The notes beneath the pieces are model-generated. The model made no database searches. It saw nothing but the letters and a program-made list of their open reading frames with translations, and had not been told where the DNA came from. From an uncultured virus (IMG/VR IMGVR_UViG_3300029448_000012) (Duplodnaviria; Heunggongvirae; Uroviricota; Caudoviricetes), in the IMG/VR virus record IMGVR_UViG_3300029448_000012: a DNA stretch of 64,000 nucleotides; one strand, 5' to 3'. Shown here piece by piece: positions 10,989 to 20,963 of the stretch. The position numbers were made by a program, and so were the translations under genes. Within the stretch, counting starts at the first letter, position 1; each line of letters starts with the position of its first letter.

Positions 10989-11528
10989 ATGGCATTAGGT
11001 AGTGTAGATGAATTTAAATCACGGCTAACCGGTGGCGGTGCCCGCGGTAACCTCTTTCAGGTGACGTTGGCAAATCCACGAGGTGGTCTAGGTGTTGATC
11101 TAGACGTTGACTTCGCATCATTTATGTGTGAAGCAGCACAGCTTCCAGCTTCAACCGTTGGGACTATTGTTATCCCATTTCGCGGTCGACAGCTAAAAGT
11201 TGCTGGAGATCGTTTATTTGATTCTTGGACAGTAACAGTAATCAATGACACAGAGTTTAAGATTAGAGATGCAATGGAGCGTTGGATGAATGCCATCGCA
11301 AACCATGCTGATGCTGGTGGTACACAAGCGCCTGATCTTTACTTTACTAACTTGAAAGTTGAGCAGTTTGATCGTAATGAATCTGTTATTAAGACATATG
11401 ACTTTAAAGACGCTTGGCCTTCGGATGTATCAGCAATTGATTTAAACTACGGTGATAATGACACGATCGAAAGATTCACAATCACTTGGCAGTATCAATA
11501 CTGGACATCAAGTACTACGGACGCATAA
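10989..11528 (+). CDS. gp19: Tail tube protein gp19
   Basis: GGARxNLFQV, PFRGRQLKVAGDR, WTVTVIND. Confidence 0.95.
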   Translation: MALGSVDEFKSRLTGGGARGNLFQVTLANPRGGLGVDLDVDFASFMCEAAQLPASTVGTIVIPFRGRQLKVAGDRLFDSWTVTVINDTEFKIRDAMERWMNAIANHADAGGTQAPDLYFTNLKVEQFDRNESVIKTYDFKDAWPSDVSAIDLNYGDNDTIERFTITWQYQYWTSSTTDA

Positions 11529-11542
11529 CAACAATAATATAT

Positions 11543-11575
11543 AAAAGGAGTGGGGAATAAGCTCCCGCTCCTTTT
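11543..11575 (+). terminator. Intrinsic terminator-like hairpin after gp19
   Basis: AAAAGGAGTGGG...CCCGCTCCTTTT inverted repeat. Confidence 0.65.
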
Positions 11576-11590
11576 ATTGTAGGAATTACT

Positions 11591-13081
11591 ATGGCAGAAA
11601 ACGCTAGCGGATTTAAATTATTTGGCTTTGAAATTAAAAGAAGTCGCCCTGAAGAGGATCCAAAAAAGGCTCCTTCAATTGTACCCGCACGAGATGAGGA
11701 TGGTGCAGGATATATCACTGCATCAGGATCTCATTATGGCCAGTATATTAATTTAGATGGCTATGATGCTAAAGATAACCATCAATTAATTATGAAATAT
11801 CGTGGTGTTGCAATGCATCCTGAAGTTGATGCTGCAATTGAAGATATTGTTAATGAAGCAATTATTGGTGGCGAAGATCCAGTAACAATTAACATGGACA
11901 ATCTAGATGTTTCAGATTCAATAAAAAAACAAATTAAAGATGAATTTGATAATATTTCGTCAATGCTTAATTTTGTTGAACTTGGCCATGATATTTTTAG
12001 AAGATGGTACATTGATGGTAGAATTTATCATCATCTTGTGGTGGATGAATCAAATCTAAAAAAAGGCATCGTCGATATACGTTCGATTGATGCTGCTCGA
12101 ATGAGAAAAGTAAAACAAGTCAAAAAGAAAAAAGATCCGGCAACAGGTGCTAATCTTATTGAAAATGTAGAAGAATATTTTATTTTTCAAGAAAAACCAG
12201 GAGCTCAAACATCTGGTGTAAAACTTTCTCTTGATTCAGTTTCATATGTTACTTCTGGTCTTTTGGATGAAACTCGAAAAAAAGTTTTGTCTTATATGCA
12301 TAAGGCTTTAAAGCCTATCAATCAGCTTCGAATGATGGAAGACTCTTTGGTCATTTATCGTTTGGCTCGAGCTCCAGAACGTCGTATTTTTTATATTGAT
12401 GTTGGTAACTTACCACGAGGTAAAGCCGAACAATATATGAAAGACATTATGACTCGATATCGTAATAAGCTTGTTTATGATGCTACGTCTGGCGAAATTA
12501 AAGATGATCGTAAACACCAATCATTGCTTGAAGATTTTTGGTTGCCAAGACGTGAAGGTGGTAAAGGTACTGAAATTAGCACATTGCCCGGTGGTGACAA
12601 TCTTGGACAAATTGATGATATTGTTTACTTTCAAAAGAAATTATATCGTGCTTTAAACGTTCCGATTAACCGTTTGGAACAAGAAGCACAATTTAGTTTA
12701 GGAAGATCAAGTGAAATTTCGCGTGATGAGCTTAAGTTCCAAAAGTTTATTGATAGACTTCGTGCTCGATTTGCACATCTTTTCATGGGTATTCTTAAAA
12801 CACAGTTAATTCTTAAGGGTATTGTTACTGATCAAGACTGGTTAGACATGAAAGAAAAGATTATCGTTGATTTCATGAGAGATAATCACTTTACAGAGCT
12901 AAAAGATGCTGAAATTTTAAGAGAAAGAATTCAAACATTAGATCAAATGAATCAGTACATTGGTGATTACTTTAGCAAAGAATGGGTAATGAAAAATGTT
13001 TTAAGATTTACAGATGATGATATTGAACAAATGGCGAAACAAGACGATAAAGAACAACCTCAAGGAGATGAAAATGAGTGA
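11591..13081 (+). CDS. gp20: Portal protein gp20
   Basis: RAPERRIFYIDVGNLP, EDFWLPRREGGKGTEI. Confidence 0.98.
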   Translation: MAENASGFKLFGFEIKRSRPEEDPKKAPSIVPARDEDGAGYITASGSHYGQYINLDGYDAKDNHQLIMKYRGVAMHPEVDAAIEDIVNEAIIGGEDPVTINMDNLDVSDSIKKQIKDEFDNISSMLNFVELGHDIFRRWYIDGRIYHHLVVDESNLKKGIVDIRSIDAARMRKVKQVKKKKDPATGANLIENVEEYFIFQEKPGAQTSGVKLSLDSVSYVTSGLLDETRKKVLSYMHKALKPINQLRMMEDSLVIYRLARAPERRIFYIDVGNLPRGKAEQYMKDIMTRYRNKLVYDATSGEIKDDRKHQSLLEDFWLPRREGGKGTEISTLPGGDNLGQIDDIVYFQKKLYRALNVPINRLEQEAQFSLGRSSEISRDELKFQKFIDRLRARFAHLFMGILKTQLILKGIVTDQDWLDMKEKIIVDFMRDNHFTELKDAEILRERIQTLDQMNQYIGDYFSKEWVMKNVLRFTDDDIEQMAKQDDKEQPQGDENE

Positions 13082-13382
13082 TGTTGAAACCCCTGAAGTA
13101 GAAACTGCAGAAAATCCTTTACATGATTTAGTTCAAGCAGCATTGGACAAAGATTATAACAAAGCTAATGAGATTTTTGGTCAAGTTGTTTCTATAAAAT
13201 TAGATGATATAATTGATCAAGAACGTGTTAAATTAGCTGGTCAGGTATACAATGGTGAAGAACCTGAAGATGATCTTGAAGATGATCCTGAGGATTTCGA
13301 AATTGACGATGAAACAGAATTCGATGATGAATTAGAAGATGATGAATTAGATGAAGAGGAAGAAGAATATTCTTCTAACTAG
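13068..13382 (+). CDS. Acidic prohead core protein (gp67-like)
   Basis: Small, very acidic ORF between portal and protease; SD AGGAG. Confidence 0.65.
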   Translation: MKMSDVETPEVETAENPLHDLVQAALDKDYNKANEIFGQVVSIKLDDIIDQERVKLAGQVYNGEEPEDDLEDDPEDFEIDDETEFDDELEDDELDEEEEEYSSN

Positions 13383-13395
13383 AAAATAATAATAT

Positions 13396-13403
13396 TATAA
13401 ATA
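13396..13403 (+). promoter_or_regulatory. Late promoter TATAAATA
   Basis: Consensus upstream of gp21. Confidence 0.75.
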
Positions 13404-13433
13404 TATAAGAATAACAGAAATGGATGTGTAAAA

Positions 13434-14087
13434 ATGAAACTCATTTCAGAATTTACTGATCAACATATTGAAGTTCTTACCGAAGCAAAAGACGGTAAGA
13501 AAAAGTACGTTATTGAAGGTATTTTTGCACAAGCCAATGCAAAGAATAGAAACGGTAGGATATATCCGCTCGATGTTATGGAATCTGCTATTGAAAAATA
13601 TAACAATACGCAGGTTTCAAAAGGTCGTGCAGTCGGTGAATTAAATCATCCTGAAGGACCAACCGTTAATCTAGATAAAGTTTCTCATAAGATCGAAAAA
13701 CTTCAAGTTGAAGGAAACGATGTTATGGGCAAAGCCACAGTATTGGATACTCCGATGGGAATGATTGTTCAAGGTCTACTCGAAGGTGGTGTTCAACTGG
13801 GCGTTTCGACTCGTGGTATGGGAAGTTTGCAGCAACAAAATGACGCTATGGTCGTTAAAAACGACTTTCTCTTAAATGCGATTGATATCGTACAAGATCC
13901 ATCTGCTCCATCAGCATTTGTTAATGGGATTATGGAAGGTGTAGAATGGGTTTGGAATAACGGCATTATTGAAGCTCGAACAATTGAAAAAATGGAGACT
14001 GAAATTCAGACAGCTCCACGTGCTGATCTCTATGAGACTCAGGTCCGTGAGTTTAAAAATTTCCTCTCGTTACTCAAAACTAGATAG
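13434..14087 (+). CDS. gp21: Prohead protease gp21
   Basis: KNRNGRIYP, GELNHP, GVSTRGMGS, DIVxDPSAP. Confidence 0.96.
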   Translation: MKLISEFTDQHIEVLTEAKDGKKKYVIEGIFAQANAKNRNGRIYPLDVMESAIEKYNNTQVSKGRAVGELNHPEGPTVNLDKVSHKIEKLQVEGNDVMGKATVLDTPMGMIVQGLLEGGVQLGVSTRGMGSLQQQNDAMVVKNDFLLNAIDIVQDPSAPSAFVNGIMEGVEWVWNNGIIEARTIEKMETEIQTAPRADLYETQVREFKNFLSLLKTR

Positions 14088-14102
14088 AAAAAGGAGTCAG
14101 TC

Positions 14103-15284
14103 ATGACTGAAGATCAAAATATGGATCAGGACTTTGAACTCCATGATGACGAGAATGAAATCATGGAAATGAAACACGGTTCTGATAAAATGAAAAACCG
14201 CAAAATGGAAATGAAACACGATTCTGACATGAAGAAGCGTAAATTAATGGGAATGAAACATTCCGATAAAATGGAAATGAAACACGGCGGTGAAGAAGAA
14301 GATTCAATTAAGAGTGCAGACATGGCTACTGATATGGCCAAAGATGCTCCAAAGCGTAAAATGCCTGGCGGTACTGCCGCTGATAACACCATGCAAGAAC
14401 CAATGCCAAAAACTAAGGCAGGTATGCTTCAAGCAATGATGCATTCCGCCGGTAAAATGAAGAAGCAAGAACTTATGGCAATGTATGGTAGCATGAAAAA
14501 GCAGATGATGCAAGCATCATATCATGAAGATGTAGATCAAGAAGATTTTGATCATATGCAAGAGATCGCTTACGAAGCTGACTTCGAAGAAGATCTTAAC
14601 GCTCTGGTTGCAGAAGAAGCAACTCTTTCTGATGAATTTAAAGCGAAAGCAGAAACAATCTTTGAAGCTGCTATTAAATCTAGACTATCATCTGAAATCG
14701 ATCGTTTAGAAGAAAAGTACAACGAAGAACTTTCTGAAGAAATCGCAACAACCAAAGCTGATCTAGTAGATAAGGTAGATTCCTATCTTAACTATGTAGT
14801 AGAGCAGTGGATGGATGATAATAAGGTGGCTGTACAAGCTGGCCTTCGCACCGAGATCGCCGAGAAGTTCATGAACAGCTTGAAAGATCTGTTTGTAGAA
14901 TCTTACATCGACGTACCAGAGTCCAAAGTCGACCTAGTTGACGAACTTGCCGAAGAAGTTGATGAGCTTGAGACTAAGCTGAATGAATCAACTGGTAAGA
15001 TCATCGAAATGACCGAGGAACTAGAGAACTTTAAGCGTAACGAAGTAATTCGTGAAGCATCAAAAGATCTCGCAGAAACACAAATCGAGAAGCTTAAGAA
15101 ACTTGTATCTGATATCGATTTTTCTGATAATTTTGCGCAGAAAGTTGCTACAGTAAAAGAATCTTACTTTAATAAACCGGCAGCTGCTGAGGTAGTTACT
15201 GAAGAAGATGACATGTTTGAGGTTGAAACTTCTGATGTCATGGGTCAGTATCTCAGTGCCATTAAAAAACAAAATAAATCCTAA
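14103..15284 (+). CDS. gp22: Prohead core scaffold gp22 with Met-rich N-terminal extension
   Basis: FKAKAETIFEAA, KVDSYLNYVVEQW; lies between gp21 and gp23. Confidence 0.92.
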   Translation: MTEDQNMDQDFELHDDENEIMEMKHGSDKMKNRKMEMKHDSDMKKRKLMGMKHSDKMEMKHGGEEEDSIKSADMATDMAKDAPKRKMPGGTAADNTMQEPMPKTKAGMLQAMMHSAGKMKKQELMAMYGSMKKQMMQASYHEDVDQEDFDHMQEIAYEADFEEDLNALVAEEATLSDEFKAKAETIFEAAIKSRLSSEIDRLEEKYNEELSEEIATTKADLVDKVDSYLNYVVEQWMDDNKVAVQAGLRTEIAEKFMNSLKDLFVESYIDVPESKVDLVDELAEEVDELETKLNESTGKIIEMTEELENFKRNEVIREASKDLAETQIEKLKKLVSDIDFSDNFAQKVATVKESYFNKPAAAEVVTEEDDMFEVETSDVMGQYLSAIKKQNKS

Positions 15285-15295
15285 GGGAGTCCATA

Positions 15296-16627
15296 ATGCA
15301 AAACGTAATTTCTTACGATAATCTTGTCGAGAAATGGGCACCGGTATTGAATGAAGAATCTGCCGGTACTATTCAAGACGCACATAGAAGAGCTGTTACT
15401 GCAGCAATTCTCGAGAACCAGGAACTTGCCCTCAAAGAAGAAGGCGGGCTCCAAGAATCAAACGTAGCAGCTAACACTGCTAACTGGAATCCAGTCCTGA
15501 TCGCACTTGTACGTCGTGCTATGCCAAACCTTGTAGCATACGACATTTGCGGCGTTCAGCCAATGTCTGGTCCAACTGGCCTGATCTTCGCAATGAAGTC
15601 AACCTTCCAGAAAACCAAAGCTGGTGTATCAAACGGTGATGAAGCGCTGTTTAACGAAGCTCCAGTTGGTTACTCGGGTGACTCAATTGTTGGTGGTAAC
15701 GGTTCGCTTGGTCCATCTGGTTTAGCTGGTACACTTGATGGTGACAACGACTCAACAATTCTTGACTCCGCGACAACACATGTTCCAGTTACCGGTGATG
15801 CATACACCACAGCCGAAGGCGAAGTACTTGGTGGTTCTGGTCAAGAAGAACTCGCTCCAATGGGCTTCACCATTGAAAAGTCAACAGTTACTGCAAAGAC
15901 ACGTGCTCTTCGCGCTAACTACACACTCGAACTTGCACAGGATCTGAAAGCTATCCACGGTCTGGACGCTGAAACAGAACTGGCAAACATCCTTTCAACT
16001 GAAATCCTGTCAGAAATCAACCGTGAAGTTGTACGTACAATCAACTCACAAGCTAAGATTGGTTCCCGTCAGACTTCCAACCAGACACTTGGTATCTTCG
16101 ATCTGGCAACAGATGCAGATGGTCGTTGGTCGGTTGAAAAGTACAAAGGCATGATCATGCAGATTGAGCGTGAAGCTAACGTTATCGCAAAAGAAACACG
16201 TCGTGGTAAAGGTAACTTTATCCTGTGTTCTTCTGACGTTGCTGCTGCTCTTAACGCTGCCGGCATGTTAGACTACACTCCAGCACTTGCTACTAACCTG
16301 AATGTTGATGACACTGGTAACACATTTGCCGGTACACTGAACGGACGTATTAGAGTCTATATCGATCCATTCTCAACTCGTGACTACATCAACGTTGGTT
16401 ATAAGGGTACTAACCCATATGACGCAGGTCTCTTCTATTGCCCATACGTTCCATTAACAATGGTCAAGGCAGTAGGTGAGGAAGACTTCCAGCCACGTAT
16501 CGGGTTCAAAACTCGTTATGGCATGGTATCTAATCCATTTGTTGGTTCCACGCCAGCCGACGGACTAGCAACTGCACGTACAAACCAGTATTACAGAATC
16601 TTTGCAGTGAACAACATCCTTTCGTAG
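15296..16627 (+). CDS. gp23: Major capsid protein gp23
   Basis: DICGVQPMSGPTGLIFAM, ELAQDLKAIHGLDAE, FQPRIGFKTRYG. Confidence 0.99.
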   Translation: MQNVISYDNLVEKWAPVLNEESAGTIQDAHRRAVTAAILENQELALKEEGGLQESNVAANTANWNPVLIALVRRAMPNLVAYDICGVQPMSGPTGLIFAMKSTFQKTKAGVSNGDEALFNEAPVGYSGDSIVGGNGSLGPSGLAGTLDGDNDSTILDSATTHVPVTGDAYTTAEGEVLGGSGQEELAPMGFTIEKSTVTAKTRALRANYTLELAQDLKAIHGLDAETELANILSTEILSEINREVVRTINSQAKIGSRQTSNQTLGIFDLATDADGRWSVEKYKGMIMQIEREANVIAKETRRGKGNFILCSSDVAAALNAAGMLDYTPALATNLNVDDTGNTFAGTLNGRIRVYIDPFSTRDYINVGYKGTNPYDAGLFYCPYVPLTMVKAVGEEDFQPRIGFKTRYGMVSNPFVGSTPADGLATARTNQYYRIFAVNNILS

Positions 16628-16671
16628 GACCAAAATTAAAAACAACTGTAATAGTAATACGCGAAAAAACT

Positions 16672-16699
16672 GGGCCATCTTCGGATGGCCCTTTCTTTT
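16672..16699 (+). terminator. Intrinsic terminator after gp23
   Basis: GGGCCATC-TTCG-GATGGCCC followed by a T-rich tract. Confidence 0.9.
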
Positions 16700-16701
16700 A
16701 A

Positions 16702-16709
16702 TATAAATA
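16702..16709 (+). promoter_or_regulatory. Late promoter TATAAATA
   Basis: Consensus just after the terminator and before gp3. Confidence 0.7.
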
Positions 16710-16714
16710 GAGTT

Positions 16715-17215
16715 ATGGCTACACTTACTACAAATATTAACTATATTCAACCTACGTCGTTTAAACTAACGATCGATCGATTGAATTATCCCAACTTAGA
16801 GTATTTTTGTCAATCAGTGAATCATCCTAGTATGTCACTGTCGCCAGCAGAAATACCTTTTAGAAAACTAAGAAGTGTTCCATTTCCTGGTGGTGCACTT
16901 GATTATGGTGAGTTTTCAGCAAATATTATTCTTGACGAAGATATGAAAGCATACACAGAAATGCATGACTGGATGCGTCGAATTGTTGATAATCCACTTA
17001 AAAGTGCTCTTGATAGAGATGATAGTACAATTAACTCTGTTGCTGATATTACGCTATCTATTCTATCAAGTTCAAACACAGTAATAAAACAAATAAGATA
17101 TACAGATGCTATGCCAGTCGTTTTAGGAGATATCGCGTTTGAAGCGACAGCTTCTGGTACAGAATTTATTACAGTTGCCATAGGATTTAGATTTACGCTT
17201 TTTGAATTAGTATAG
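16715..17215 (+). CDS. gp3: Tail completion / tube terminator gp3
   Basis: NYIQPTSFKL, EYFCQSVN, DEDMKAYxEMHDW; usual position in marine T4-like phages. Confidence 0.85.
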   Translation: MATLTTNINYIQPTSFKLTIDRLNYPNLEYFCQSVNHPSMSLSPAEIPFRKLRSVPFPGGALDYGEFSANIILDEDMKAYTEMHDWMRRIVDNPLKSALDRDDSTINSVADITLSILSSSNTVIKQIRYTDAMPVVLGDIAFEATASGTEFITVAIGFRFTLFELV

Positions 17216-17241
17216 ATAATCTTATATGATGGAGATTGATT

Positions 17242-17685
17242 ATGATTGACTTGAAAGAAATCCTTACTCAGTGGAGTGAGGATAGTAAAATTAGTATGAA
17301 GCTTGATGAAGATTCTAGGAATACACCTCTTTTACATGCTAAATATCTTGAAAAACTTTCGAATGCTAAATTGCTTTTGAAAAGAGCTGAATTTTCTCAA
17401 AAGACACTACTTAAACAAAAGTGGGAATGGTACAATGGAAAAATGAGTCAAGAGGATGTTGCTGAACTTGGATGGAATCCTGATCCTTTCAACGGGTTAA
17501 AAATTATGAAAGGTGATATGGAATACTATTATGATTCAGATCCTGAAATTCAAAAGTCTGAAGAAAAGATTCAATACTATAAAACAATAGTTGAGACATT
17601 AACTGAAATAGTTTCAAATATTAATTGGCGACATCAAACGATTGGAAACATAATCAAGTGGAAGCAGTTCGAATCCGGAAATTAA
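17242..17685 (+). CDS. uvsY: Recombination mediator UvsY
   Basis: LHAKYL, C-terminal IGNIIKWKQFESG. Confidence 0.88.
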   Translation: MIDLKEILTQWSEDSKISMKLDEDSRNTPLLHAKYLEKLSNAKLLLKRAEFSQKTLLKQKWEWYNGKMSQEDVAELGWNPDPFNGLKIMKGDMEYYYDSDPEIQKSEEKIQYYKTIVETLTEIVSNINWRHQTIGNIIKWKQFESGN

Positions 17686-19139
17686 ATCAGGCTAACTTAC
17701 ACGTTGAGTGTGATTACGGGCAAGCCGAAGAACTTAATGAATTCTTTTCATTCTTTGTGCCTGGCTATAAATTTATGCCGGCTTTTAAACGAAGAGTTTG
17801 GGATGGAAAAATTCGTTTATTTGATAAACGTACCGGTGAATTACCAGCTGGTTTGATATATCATCTCGTTCAGTTTTTAGAATCACGTGGTTATAATTAT
17901 GAAGCAGTACGTACGCTTTACGGGATGCCATATTCTGAAGATACAATTGATTCAAAAGAATTAGCTACATTTATTTCTAAATTAAATCTACCATTTACAT
18001 TACGAGACTATCAGTTTCTTGCCGTTATTGAAGGACTAAAAAGACAACGTGGTGTACTTCTTTCTCCAACTGGATCTGGCAAATCACTTATCATATATGT
18101 CCTATTATCATACTACTTAGGAATCCTAAGAGGTACAAGTAATAAAAAGGTATTAGTTATTGTACCGACAACTTCTTTAGTTGAACAAATGACAAATGAT
18201 TTCGAAGAATATAATATGCCAAAAGAATTAGCTCATAAAATTTATTCAGGTAAAGATAAAAACACTAATGCTCCTATTATTGTTTCTACGTGGCAGTCAA
18301 TTTATAAGCTACCCAAACAATGGTTCGAACAATTTGGTATGGTGATTGGTGATGAGTGTCATGGATTTAAATCAAAGTCATTAATGAATATTATGAATAA
18401 AGCTACTGAAGCTGCTTATAGATATGGAACTACCGGAACCTTGGATGGCACTCAAACTCATGAGCTCGTACTTCAAGGGTTGTTTGGTAAGATATATAAA
18501 GTAACGACCACGAAAAAATTACAAGACAATGATACATTGGCACAACTTGATATTAAACGACTTGTGTTAAATTATTCAAAAGAATATAGAGAATCATTTG
18601 GTAATAAAACATATCAAGAAGAAATCACAGAAATAGTAACAAATGAAAAGCGCAATAAGTTTATTGCTAATCTAGCTTTAGATTTGAAAGGTAATACACT
18701 TGTTCTTTTTAATTACGTAGAAAAACATGGTAAACCTCTTTTTCAATCAATACAAGACAAAGCTGTCGTAAGTAGAAAAGTTTTCTTTGTATCCGGTGAT
18801 GTAGCCACGTCAGATAGAGAAGCAATTCGTGGAATTGTAGAAAAACAAAAAAATTCTATCATTGTTGCTAGTCTTGGAACCTTTAGCACTGGTATCAACA
18901 TAAAAAACTTACATAATATTATTTTTGCATCGCCTTCAAAATCACAAATTAGAGTGCTACAATCAATTGGTAGAGGATTACGACAAAGTGATGATCGGCG
19001 TGCGACTAAGTTATATGATATTATAGATAATATTAGTACTGAAAATCAAAAAAACTTTGCATGGCTACATGGAAAAGAGCGCTTCAAGATATACCAAAAA
19101 GAACAATTTAACTGTAAAACATATGATATTGACCTATGA
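17658..19139 (+). CDS. uvsW: SF2 helicase UvsW (GTG start inferred)
   Basis: WDGKIRLF, SPTGSGKS, DECH, LQSIGRGLR. Confidence 0.95.
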   Translation: MEAVRIRKLNQANLHVECDYGQAEELNEFFSFFVPGYKFMPAFKRRVWDGKIRLFDKRTGELPAGLIYHLVQFLESRGYNYEAVRTLYGMPYSEDTIDSKELATFISKLNLPFTLRDYQFLAVIEGLKRQRGVLLSPTGSGKSLIIYVLLSYYLGILRGTSNKKVLVIVPTTSLVEQMTNDFEEYNMPKELAHKIYSGKDKNTNAPIIVSTWQSIYKLPKQWFEQFGMVIGDECHGFKSKSLMNIMNKATEAAYRYGTTGTLDGTQTHELVLQGLFGKIYKVTTTKKLQDNDTLAQLDIKRLVLNYSKEYRESFGNKTYQEEITEIVTNEKRNKFIANLALDLKGNTLVLFNYVEKHGKPLFQSIQDKAVVSRKVFFVSGDVATSDREAIRGIVEKQKNSIIVASLGTFSTGINIKNLHNIIFASPSKSQIRVLQSIGRGLRQSDDRRATKLYDIIDNISTENQKNFAWLHGKERFKIYQKEQFNCKTYDIDL

Positions 19140-19585
19140 GTTATAAACAACTTAAACTAACTAGTGGCGAAGAATTTATTGCTAACATCATCGATGTTGA
19201 TCAAGAAGAAGGTGTTATCGTCATGGCTCAAGCACTTAAAATTATTGAGTCAGATAACGCAGAAGAAGGCATTTCCTATTTTGCCTTTAGACCATTGATG
19301 TCATTTACCGAAGATATGGATAAAATTCACATCCTTAATCTGGCACACATTGTAGTTGAAACAACCCCTTCAGAAAATATTATGAAGCACTATAATCGAA
19401 CAATAGAAAAAATGAAAAGAGTTGCAATGGGTGGTAAAACTATGGAAGAACTAGAAGAAGCTAGTGAAGAAGAATTTGAAGAATATATGAGAATGCTTGA
19501 TGATTTAGACGAATACGAAGAAGAAATAGATCCACGTGGAGATAACATAGTTAAATTTAGACGACCAAAGGATACTTTTCACTAA
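19136..19585 (+). CDS. Conserved T4-like hypothetical protein (possible Sm-like fold)
   Basis: KLTSGEEFIA start; acidic tail ending in FH; translationally coupled to uvsW. Confidence 0.6.
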   Translation: MSYKQLKLTSGEEFIANIIDVDQEEGVIVMAQALKIIESDNAEEGISYFAFRPLMSFTEDMDKIHILNLAHIVVETTPSENIMKHYNRTIEKMKRVAMGGKTMEELEEASEEEFEEYMRMLDDLDEYEEEIDPRGDNIVKFRRPKDTFH

Positions 19586-20220
19586 TGTCATTTTTAGTAG
19601 CTCCGTTACCGCCAGAAAATGTATATGTTCGTAAAGAATTTCTTTATGATCATCAAAAAGGACATGGTGAGTTTACACCTGGAATATGGATATCAGCAAA
19701 ATCAACTCAATATAAAGCTTTATATTTTGAAACCTTGTTAACGGAATATGGAGCTCTTTTCGATAAACTTCCGATATCTGCTTTTGTATGGAAGACAAAT
19801 CACGGTGAACTCTTGCCTCTTGATGTTCTTCAACTTTGGGATTGTTTCGATTATCATTTGACAGTAGTTGAAAAACCAATTCTTTCTCGTTGTGAATTTT
19901 TCGGTAAAGATAAAAGAATGCATCCAGGCGAATATGTTTTTACAATTGATAACGCTCATCCGGATAAGAGTGTTTTGGATATCAATTTTTCCGAACATGA
20001 TCCGGAACATAAATCTTTCAATATTATAATGTTGGATAATGGCCAATTTGCTGCTCAACCTAATAATAGAATTATATGGCGCGATTCAAGTTTGACGCCC
20101 GATAATTTAAAAACACCAGACTTTAAAGTTTGTACACAAAACTATAGAGTAGAAACTGAACCAAAATGGTCAGTTGGTCACACCGACGAATGGAACTACA
20201 GAACTAGAGACGGAGCTTAG
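19585..20220 (+). CDS. Hypothetical protein (211 aa)
   Basis: Coupled ORF with motifs LWDCF and LDNGQFAAQPNNR; function unknown. Confidence 0.7.
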   Translation: MSFLVAPLPPENVYVRKEFLYDHQKGHGEFTPGIWISAKSTQYKALYFETLLTEYGALFDKLPISAFVWKTNHGELLPLDVLQLWDCFDYHLTVVEKPILSRCEFFGKDKRMHPGEYVFTIDNAHPDKSVLDINFSEHDPEHKSFNIIMLDNGQFAAQPNNRIIWRDSSLTPDNLKTPDFKVCTQNYRVETEPKWSVGHTDEWNYRTRDGA

Positions 20221-20313
20221 TATATCCTGGTTCCTTAAAAACCTTAATTAATTATACCATATTCGACAGAAAAGTAAACAATTAATTTTATTTTTAAAAA
20301 GAAAAAATACATA

Positions 20314-20342
20314 TATACAAAACAGTCTTTATTTGATATAAT
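20314..20342 (+). promoter_or_regulatory. Sigma70-like early/middle promoter TATACA-N17-TATAAT
   Basis: Same architecture as 11 other sites in the window. Confidence 0.65.
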
Positions 20343-20369
20343 ATACTTAATTAATGAAAAGGACTACTT

Positions 20370-20963
20370 ATGTCAAGATCAAAAAAACAAAGCATTCATT
20401 ACGTAAATAATGCTGAATTTTCGCAGGCTGTAGTTGACTATGTTACTGTAGTTAATGAAGCAAAAGATAACAATAAACAAATTCCAAAAGTACCAGATTA
20501 CGTTGCGCAATGTTTTCTACGCATTGCCGAAGGTTTGTCTCACAAATCTAATTTTATTCGCTATACATATCGCGAAGAAATGGTTATGGATGCAGTTGAA
20601 AATTGTTTAAAAGCTATTGGTAATTATAATCTAGATGCAGCTACACGAACTGGTAAACCTAACGCGTTTGCGTACTTTACTCAAATTACATGGTATGCTT
20701 TTCTTCGTCGTATTTCTCGTGAGAAAAAACAACAAGATATTAAAATGAAGTTTATTGCTAATTCTGGTATTGATGACTTTGCGGTTAACGAAAACGGCGA
20801 TGATACGTCTGGCCTTGTAGCAGAAGCTTTTGTTGACTCTCTTAAAACTCGTATTGATAGAGTTAAATACGTTGACGCAGAAGTAAAAGAATATGGAAAA
20901 GTTGAAAAGAAACGTAAGAAAAGAACAATTACCGCTGATTCTGATCTTTCGGAGTTTTTATAA
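20370..20963 (+). CDS. gp55: Late-transcription sigma factor gp55
   Basis: HYVNN, IAEGLSHKSNF, NAFAYFTQI, AFLRRI..EKKQ. Confidence 0.95.
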   Translation: MSRSKKQSIHYVNNAEFSQAVVDYVTVVNEAKDNNKQIPKVPDYVAQCFLRIAEGLSHKSNFIRYTYREEMVMDAVENCLKAIGNYNLDAATRTGKPNAFAYFTQITWYAFLRRISREKKQQDIKMKFIANSGIDDFAVNENGDDTSGLVAEAFVDSLKTRIDRVKYVDAEVKEYGKVEKKRKKRTITADSDLSEFL

